Shown piece by piece: positions 1 to 6,932 of a stretch of DNA of 7,323 bases. Every line of letters begins with the position of its first letter. The stretch's first letter is position 1. The position numbers and the translations under genes were made by a program. The stretch spans positions 3,178,659 through 3,185,981 of the forward strand of contig CM119263.1 of NCBI GenBank assembly GCA_051294375.1, read 5' to 3'. The notes beneath the pieces were generated by a model, which was given only the letters and a program-made list of their open reading frames with translations, had not been told where the DNA came from and made no database searches. The stretch comes from Paraspadella gotoi. Its lineage: Eukaryota; Animalia; Chaetognatha.

Positions 1-86
1 GGAAAGGGTGACGGATTTAACGAGATTCGGTTGACCGGAATCGGATTTTGCGAAGACGCAGGCGTTTGAAGGCATAGATTGGGGTT

Positions 87-308
87 TGTCGTCGTTGTCG
101 TTATCTTCGTTATCATCATCGTCATCCGTATCATCCTGTCATCGTCTTTGTCATCTTCGTCATCATGATTGGCGTCATCATTGTCATCGTCGCTTCAATC
201 GTCATCGTAATTTTCATCAACGTCATCATCGTTCTTCATACAGTCATTGTCGTCGTGATCGTCGTCTTTGTCTTCGACTTCGTCGTCGTCATCATCGTCA
301 TCATCATC
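87..308. repeat. Degenerate (TCA/TCG)n trinucleotide low-complexity tract (GAT/GAC on the - strand)
   Basis: Directly visible. The Asp-rich - strand reading is broken by a TGA and phase shifts. Confidence 0.8.
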
Positions 309-657
309 GGGTCATCCAGGGGTCGACGGGGTCGTCACCCATAATTGGCCGCCGGAGATTTATATCCCCGATCATCGACGCTCATCCTCCTAATCTTTCA
401 TTCCCGACAAAGAGGATCGTAACAAGTTTCTCCGTTCGATCGGGTGACGTCGCGTCGGTGACGGTGACGGTTACGGCGGACGCGTTGGGTGACGCGGACA
501 CTGAAACGGGGTGTGACGCTGGGTGACGGCGACGACGACGACGAGTCGATTAATGTTCGAAAGAGAATCGAGAACAAAATGTGAGATGAGAAATTCTGTC
601 GAGACATCAAGTTTGAGTCGGGAAGTCGGTGAGCGACTGGCCGATCTGGAAGGTGAA

Positions 658-721
658 CTCTCTCTGTCTCTGTCTCTGTCTCTCTATGTCTCTCTCTCTC
701 TCTCTATCTCCCCCTCTGTCT
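658..721. repeat. Imperfect (CT)n microsatellite with CTCTGT variants
   Basis: ctctctctgtctctgtctctgtctctctatgtctctctctctctctctatctccccctctgtct. Confidence 0.9.
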
Positions 722-1249
722 CAGTTTACCTTTAAGAGAGAAGATTCGAGCAAAACTTTGTCTTTAAAAAAAAAATCAAATTAAAGTTTTTCTGGTTTAT
801 TTATACTTATATGTACTTCTATATTTTTTGAGGGGATCCAAGCTTGTTTTAATACTTGCTCTCTTGCATAAAAAGTTTTATTGAAAGTTTATGCCAACAA
901 TAAGATGAATTCACTAAGCTTTATGATTGTCAAAAACTTAAAAAACTCGTAACAGAAAAAAATATGTATATAATTATTAATTAATTGAATCACAATGTCA
1001 AAGTTTATAAATCACAAATTGAATCATCAGTGAATGGTCAACTGTAAAATAAACCACGATAATTAAAAAAATGAAAAAGCCCAAAACAAACAATATCATC
1101 GTAAACAAATCATAATCGATCGTCGCCTAGGAAATCGCAGTCGCTTTATTTAAAAAAAAAAAAATCTCGATCTCGAATAAATTGGGCGAAAAAAAACAAA
1201 ACAAAAGGGAATCGAAAGAATTTGCGATGGAAACCTTTTCTATTTTGAA

Positions 1250-1294
1250 GGGGGCAGTCTCGAGGGGGCGGTCGAAAAGGGGGGCGGGGGGGGG
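1250..1294 (+). promoter_or_regulatory. G-run cluster (G5, G5, G6, G9) with GGGCGG GC boxes; possible G-quadruplex or cis-regulatory element
   Basis: gggggcagtctcgagggggcggtcgaaaaggggggcggggggggg lies just downstream of very AT-rich DNA. The function is inferred only. Confidence 0.35.
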
Positions 1295-1367
1295 CATTAC
1301 CCGGCGAGGCTCATCCAACCGACCACTTATGTCTCGAAAAAAGGCCCGCGATGACGGAGGGAACAAT

Positions 1368-1412
1368 GACGACGACGACGACGACGATGATGATGATGAT
1401 GATGATGATGAT
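1368..1412. repeat. Compound microsatellite (GAC)6(GAT)9
   Basis: Perfect triplet runs read directly from the sequence. Confidence 0.95.
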
Positions 1413-1487
1413 CACCATCGGCTCGTAGCTTCAATGGAATCCATTTAGGGCGATTCTAGGTGCCATCTCCGCAGCGTCGAGGAGTCG

Positions 1488-1533
1488 GAGAGAGAGAGAG
1501 AGGGAGAGAGAGAGGGGCTCCGCTGGGGCTGGA

Positions 1534-1567
<34 letters not shown>
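1488..1567. repeat. (GA)n tract 1488-1514 and (CT)n tract 1534-1567 in inverted arrangement
   Basis: Two mutually complementary dinucleotide tracts separated by ~19 GC-rich bases. Confidence 0.9.
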
Positions 1568-1670
1568 TTTTTTCTTTCATGAAACATTCATGGCTTTCTG
1601 ACGACGGTATATGGTGGCGAAAATGGAGTTCGGTTTAGACTCATTCCTCTCTCTCCTTTCTCCTTTCTCC

Positions 1671-2229
1671 NNNNNNNNNNNNNNNNNNNNNNNNNNNNNN
1701 NNNNNNNNNNNNNNNNNNNNNNNNNNNNNNNNNNNNNNNNNNNNNNNNNNNNNNNNNNNNNNNNNNNNNNNNNNNNNNNNNNNNNNNNNNNNNNNNNNNN
1801 NNNNNNNNNNNNNNNNNNNNNNNNNNNNNNNNNNNNNNNNNNNNNNNNNNNNNNNNNNNNNNNNNNNNNNNNNNNNNNNNNNNNNNNNNNNNNNNNNNNN
1901 NNNNNNNNNNNNNNNNNNNNNNNNNNNNNNNNNNNNNNNNNNNNNNNNNNNNNNNNNNNNNNNNNNNNNNNNNNNNNNNNNNNNNNNNNNNNNNNNNNNN
2001 NNNNNNNNNNNNNNNNNNNNNNNNNNNNNNNNNNNNNNNNNNNNNNNNNNNNNNNNNNNNNNNNNNNNNNNNNNNNNNNNNNNNNNNNNNNNNNNNNNNN
2101 NNNNNNNNNNNNNNNNNNNNNNNNNNNNNNNNNNNNNNNNNNNNNNNNNNNNNNNNNNNNNNNNNNNNNNNNNNNNNNNNNNNNNNNNNNNNNNNNNNNN
2201 NNNNNNNNNNNNNNNNNNNNNNNNNNNNN
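1671..2229. other. Assembly gap (N run)
   Basis: Run of N. Confidence 1.
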
Positions 2230-2435
2230 TTTTTTTTCTTTCCCTAAATGGTCCTCTATTAAGAGGAAGATGTATAAAGCGGTGCAGCTTTTGGAGTTAC
2301 TAATGATATTTTAGTTTTTCTTAATTTTTTTTTCTTCTTTCTTTTCGCTCTGATGTGAATCGCTGATGTAAGAAGGCACTGATTTCGTGAATGAAAGAGA
2401 GGCTGGAAACTGGATAAATGTGGTTCATTATACGA

Positions 2436-2496
2436 ACAATCTATACTATTTTATTAGATAAGTTTAGTTCTTTGTATAGACAATCTATACTATTTT
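2436..2496. repeat. 17-bp exact direct repeat ACAATCTATACTATTTT (2436-2452 and 2480-2496)
   Basis: Directly visible, with a 44-bp period. Confidence 0.85.
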
Positions 2497-2835
2497 CATT
2501 TTTATTATTTTTTATCCTCTCTTTTCATTAAAAAAATCTATTTTGCAATTTCTTTCTTTCGCTCTGCAATTATGAACAAAAAAGGCGACATAAAAATTAT
2601 AATAAGTACAATTTACATTCATATCCGGCGCGTAATGTAGCCGGCGAAGGACGGAGGCGTAAAGTCTCCATCTTTGCTTCCATTTTTTCGCTTCCATCAG
2701 CGGAAATCATCTTCAAGAAGACGAGAATCATCTTCTGCGTCATCATCGTCGGCGACGACGATAATAATGACGATAACAATTTTTTTACGAGAACTTTGGC
2801 GACAATTACGGGGGTCGACAATGACGTATGGCGGT

Positions 2836-3039
2836 GACGACAAGGAGGACGACGAAATAGATGACAATGACGATGACAAAGACGTTGTTCAATGGCCAAA
2901 GTTCAGACAGATAAGAATAGACGAAACCAATGATAGCGTCGACATTTACAACGACAACAAAGACGTTGAAGGAGACGACACCGACATTGACAACGACAAG
3001 AAGAAAAACTATGAAGACGCCGACAATGAAGATGACAAC
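2836..3039. repeat. Degenerate (GAC/GAT/AAC)n low-complexity tract running into a gap
   Basis: Same composition as the tract at 87-308 but on the opposite strand. It produces the acidic stretch of ORF 2674..4092. Confidence 0.7.
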
Positions 3040-3910
3040 NNNNNNNNNNNNNNNNNNNNNNNNNNNNNNNNNNNNNNNNNNNNNNNNNNNNNNNNNNNNN
3101 NNNNNNNNNNNNNNNNNNNNNNNNNNNNNNNNNNNNNNNNNNNNNNNNNNNNNNNNNNNNNNNNNNNNNNNNNNNNNNNNNNNNNNNNNNNNNNNNNNNN
3201 NNNNNNNNNNNNNNNNNNNNNNNNNNNNNNNNNNNNNNNNNNNNNNNNNNNNNNNNNNNNNNNNNNNNNNNNNNNNNNNNNNNNNNNNNNNNNNNNNNNN
3301 NNNNNNNNNNNNNNNNNNNNNNNNNNNNNNNNNNNNNNNNNNNNNNNNNNNNNNNNNNNNNNNNNNNNNNNNNNNNNNNNNNNNNNNNNNNNNNNNNNNN
3401 NNNNNNNNNNNNNNNNNNNNNNNNNNNNNNNNNNNNNNNNNNNNNNNNNNNNNNNNNNNNNNNNNNNNNNNNNNNNNNNNNNNNNNNNNNNNNNNNNNNN
3501 NNNNNNNNNNNNNNNNNNNNNNNNNNNNNNNNNNNNNNNNNNNNNNNNNNNNNNNNNNNNNNNNNNNNNNNNNNNNNNNNNNNNNNNNNNNNNNNNNNNN
3601 NNNNNNNNNNNNNNNNNNNNNNNNNNNNNNNNNNNNNNNNNNNNNNNNNNNNNNNNNNNNNNNNNNNNNNNNNNNNNNNNNNNNNNNNNNNNNNNNNNNN
3701 NNNNNNNNNNNNNNNNNNNNNNNNNNNNNNNNNNNNNNNNNNNNNNNNNNNNNNNNNNNNNNNNNNNNNNNNNNNNNNNNNNNNNNNNNNNNNNNNNNNN
3801 NNNNNNNNNNNNNNNNNNNNNNNNNNNNNNNNNNNNNNNNNNNNNNNNNNNNNNNNNNNNNNNNNNNNNNNNNNNNNNNNNNNNNNNNNNNNNNNNNNNN
3901 NNNNNNNNNN
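3040..3910. other. Assembly gap (N run); may hide the Gsx start exon
   Basis: Run of N immediately upstream of the candidate exon fragment. Confidence 1.
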
Positions 3911-4081
3911 GCCCTTTTATTTATCTTAGATACCACCTCCCTTCTTTTCCGATGCCACATATTCCTTGTCATCCTCACATTTTCCTGTCGGTCGGCGTGC
4001 GAAAAATCAAGGACGAAGATTCCCTGCTGTCGTCGTTGCCTTCGTCGTCGTCGTTGTCGTTGCCTTCGTCGTCTTTTAGTC
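3911..4081 (+). CDS. Candidate 3' part of the upstream Gsx exon (5' end in the gap, or acceptor ttAG at 3928-3929)
   Basis: Open frame PFIYLRYHLPSFPMPHIPCHPHIFLSVGVRKIKDEDSLLSSLPSSSSLSLPSSSFS, rich in Pro/His/Ser as transcription-factor N-termini often are. A phase-1 donor C|GTAAAC at 4082 matches the phase-1 acceptor at 4253 (171-bp intron). The donor is weak and there is no diagnostic motif. Confidence 0.4.
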
Positions 4082-4252
4082 GTAAACATTGATGCGCCGA
4101 TAATTGTCAATTAACTGTGATCTCCCTCAGCGCGGAGTTTCAAAAACTGACTTCGCAAAAGTTGATTAAAAATACTAAATCCCCGAAAAGTTAGCAAAAG
4201 TTTAATTAGTTCTTTGTTTAATATTTATTATATTTTGAATTTCTCATTTCAG

Positions 4253-4370
4253 ACGAAGACGACAAAGACGACGATCAGGACGGGTCCTCCAAAAGGCTGC
4301 GAACAGCCTTCACCTCAACTCAGCTACTCGAACTCGAGCGAGAATTCTCTGCCAACATGTATCTTTCCAG
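4253..4370 (+). CDS. Gsx: Gsx/ind ParaHox homeobox gene, internal exon (acidic linker plus homeodomain residues 1-28)
   Basis: Acceptor ttctcatttcAG (AG 4251-4252) and donor AG|GTGAGG (GT 4371-4372). Manual translation after a phase-1 start: [39 protein letters not shown](R). The string [22 protein letters not shown] is diagnostic of Gsx/Ind homeodomains. The homeobox starts at 4288. Confidence 0.95.
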
Positions 4371-5248
4371 GTGAGGGACTTATTTTATCACTTATATTAT
4401 TTTAGATATATATATTTATATTTTATACTATATGTTTGTATCAATTTTATCGTTTCAAATTTGATAATAAAATCGAAAAAAAGGATTTCTATTCCTTTGT
4501 TTAAATTCTGAAATCAATAAAGTTTTTCTATCGCGATTTATCATTTAACTTACGTTTAAATATTCCTAGGGTTTTTATTTTTCAAACGGGAATTAAACAT
4601 AACATTCACAATAACGGCAAACCTAGAATTAATAATAAAGATTAATAATATTAATAAAGATCAAAATAACGCGGTGAAGTGGAATACGTTTAATGGTCGA
4701 ATTTGTGAAATGCGGAGTACTTTTCGAACATACCTCTCAAGTAGAACGCTTTGGGTGGTTAAACAGTGATATGAATTCTAATCACTTTTTATATTGGCAA
4801 AACGGCTAAAGTAGAAATTATTTTACAAAGATTCATTGCAAAAGACAAAATATGTTTTTATACGTAGTTTTTAAAACTTCGAACCAAATACGAATCTTTT
4901 TTTGTGATTGAAATGCTATCACTGCAATATGCAAATTAGATTTTGGATGTGAAAGGTTTTAAGAAAAAGATAAAGATAAAGATAAATTTAGGAAATGTTT
5001 ACCTTTAATTTAATTATAGAAATATCGTAATGAAGCAAAGTAACTACATAAATCGGGGGCAACAGATAAAATTGATTAAAACCAAAACAAACAGTAAATT
5101 TAATTATTCAACTCCCTTTCCTCTTTTTCCTCTTTTTCCTCTTTTTCCGCCCTTTCCTCTTTTTCCTCTTTTTCCTCTTTTTCCTCTTTTTCCTCCCTTT
5201 CCTCCCATTCATCTCTTTCCTCCCTTTCCTTTCCTCTTCCACCCACAG
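4371..5248 (+). other. 878-bp phase-2 GT-AG spliceosomal intron splitting homeodomain codon 28 (AG|A, Arg)
   Basis: GTGAGG donor, AT-rich body, long pyrimidine tract and cccacAG acceptor (AG 5247-5248). Removing it gives an exact, ungapped 60-residue homeodomain. Confidence 0.93.
5112..5240 (+). repeat. Polypyrimidine minisatellite with a 9-bp unit (TTTCCTCTT / TTTCCTCCC), about 13-14 copies
   Basis: Directly visible. It is the source of the FPL/FPP and EKE repeats in the spurious ORFs. Confidence 0.9.
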
Positions 5249-5662
5249 ACTCCGTCGCATCGAGATCGCCAACTATCTGAGTCTCTCGGAGAAACAAGTC
5301 AAGATTTGGTTCCAGAATAGAAGAGTCAAGTTTAAGAAGGAGGGCACCTTGGACGGCGGGCTGGCGGCGCCGGGCGGGCGCGTCGCCGAGAGTTGCGGAC
5401 CCTGCCGGTGCCAGCTCCGCACCTGCACCTCCAACCGGAAACGAAAGAACGAAGACGCGGCCCCGCCCACTTGCCACGCCCCTTCATCCTCTTCCTCTTC
5501 CGCCTCCGCCTCGGAAGACGTCGACGTCGAGGACAAGAAGATCGTCGCCGCGGCTGCAGCAGCCGCGGCCGCCGCGGCGGTCGAGGATCGCTACCTGCAA
5601 CTGCATCATCATCAGCAACAACAGCAGCAGCTGCACCTGCTCCATCATGCTGAGGAGAAGCG

Positions 5663-5695
<33 letters not shown>

Positions 5696-5783
5696 CTCGG
5701 ATTTGGTCTCCGGAGGCGTGAGTCCCGTCGGTTCCATCGGCGACGACGATTTTCACGAATCCAAGCGGATTTGCGTCACGTGA
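5249..5783 (+). CDS. Gsx: Gsx/ind terminal coding exon (homeodomain residues 28-60 plus C-terminal tail to TGA)
   Basis: From 5250 it reads [32 protein letters not shown] (homeobox ends 5345). It continues in frame into the listed ORF 5349-5783 (...[18 protein letters not shown]...A11...Q6...H10...KRICVT*). GC-rich relative to its flanks. Confidence 0.95.
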
Positions 5784-6176
5784 TTATCACGTGACTTACG
5801 CGCCATTGACATTGACTTTCACGGCTCAATTGTTTGTATAAAATGCGAACTATTCTTGATAGAGTTTGGTGTCTCGTTTAATTGAACTTGGCTCGAGTAC
5901 AGTTTAGTTATATATTTAAAATTAGCTCATCGCTCTTATATTTGTTCACTGTCATTGTTCTTTGCCATTCATATTGTCATTTTCATCGATGTAATTTGTG
6001 TTTTGTGTTTCACTCTTGCATCCTGCGTTGCCATACGAAAATAAATTCAATACCTAAAATGATTTATTAAAGACTCATTCATTTTTCAATTTTACTAAAA
6101 CTTTATAGTTAAAATGTTACCTTCTTTTTTGATAACGAAACAACAGGACATATGACAGCAACAACAAAAAAATAAA
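5784..6176 (+). other. Probable Gsx 3' UTR with candidate polyadenylation signals
   Basis: T-rich sequence after the stop. AATAAA at 6040-6045, ATTAAA at 6066-6071, and AATAAA at 6171-6176 followed by ttttgtggt. Confidence 0.5.
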
Positions 6177-6359
6177 TTTTGTGGTAATTTGAGAAAATCT
6201 CGAAAGATAATATCAATATGATAAAACTTGTGGTCTTGACGTAAAATATTATTTGATTAGCAAGGCGTAATATAATCTTGTTTCACGAGGATTTGGTTCG
6301 AATCTGCGAGCTGATAGCTCATCTCAAGAAGCACCACTGGCATCAGTTATAAAAATAGT

Positions 6360-6530
6360 AAAAGTGTAAAAAGTGTTAAAAGGTTAAAAAGTGTAAAAAG
6401 TATTAAAAAGTTAAAAAGTGTAAAATTGTTAAAAGGTTAAAAAGTGTAAAAAGTGTTAAAAGGTAAAAAAGTGTAAAAAGTGTTAAAAGTATTAAAAAGT
6501 TAAAAAGTGTAAAATTGTTAAAAGGTAAAA
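6360..6530. repeat. AT-rich minisatellite of ~9-bp monomers (AAAAGTGTA-like) arranged as two higher-order copies
   Basis: 6361-6440 and 6441-6529 are near-identical. The second copy has one extra 9-mer (tgttaaaag, 6481-6489). Confidence 0.9.
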
Positions 6531-6932
6531 AGAGTTGACCGCCTCGACAGAGCGATGTAGAGGCACCAGGCAGTAGGAAGCCGCCACAATTCGATGCCCA
6601 TTGCCCAATGACCACAACTCTGAACAAAGAAGTGCCCTGCGCCACCTTGATCCGACCTATTCCATGCTTTTAAGACTTTCGTTTTAAACGTAGGACAAAT
6701 GTTACGAATGTTTACTAATATCTAATCTGAAGCCGCGGCCGTAAAAAAAATATTAGTCAAAAAAAAAGTTTTTCTCTGAAATCCACGTCGATCCGATGTG
6801 GCATAGGGGAGACAACATTTTATTTTTTTACGATTTATATTGGTTGTAAGTTGTAACAATTTCATATCACTTTTATAGTTTTTAGAACAAATTCAAAATT
6901 AAACTGAGAAAACATATCAATCAATTAATTAC

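Noticed and set aside
86-526. 146-aa Ser/His/Arg-rich ORF, and the Asp-rich reading on the - strand
   Set aside because: Product of a degenerate trinucleotide repeat with a TTG start. The antisense Asp frame contains a TGA and phase shifts.
398-610. - strand ORF beginning MSRQNF, superficially like the Gsx MSRSF start
   Set aside because: It is on the wrong strand relative to the homeobox and has no VDSL motif.
1182-1448. ORF with a poly-Asp run and an internal MSRKK
   Set aside because: The Asp run is a microsatellite, the stop comes soon after, and there is no eh1 motif.
2388-2395. TGAATGAA Capicua site (the ind A-box core)
   Set aside because: I found only two consensus matches by eye in the window, roughly what chance predicts, and they are not clustered.
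2674-4114. Long ORFs of 394-472 aa
   Set aside because: Their length is an artefact of reading through N gaps, and the acidic 5' part is low-complexity repeat. Only 3911-4081 is kept as a candidate exon.
4121-4160. Acceptor-like tctccctcAG at 4129-4130 as a micro-exon start
   Set aside because: There is no convincing downstream donor, and all three frames stop before the 4253 exon.
4214-4405. 63-aa ORF MFNIYY...
   Set aside because: It is an off-frame reading of the real homeobox exon plus intron sequence.
5030-5756. Overlapping ORFs 5030-5320, 5100-5477, 5273-5536, 5393-5653 and 5484-5756
   Set aside because: These are shadow frames of the GC-rich Gsx exon and the pyrimidine minisatellite.
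5763-5783. C-terminal KRICVT as a CaaX prenylation signal
   Set aside because: The Cys is third from the end rather than fourth.
6255-6315. tRNA gene
   Set aside because: Only a B-box-like motif is present, and I could not build a cloverleaf or acceptor stem.
6360-6530. Repeat array as CRISPR, telomeric repeat or Vnd site cluster; ORF 6403-6645
   Set aside because: There are no unique spacers, the unit is not a known telomeric repeat, and AAAAGTG lacks the TYAAGTG consensus. The ORF's Leu/Phe/Thr-rich tail comes from the repeat.
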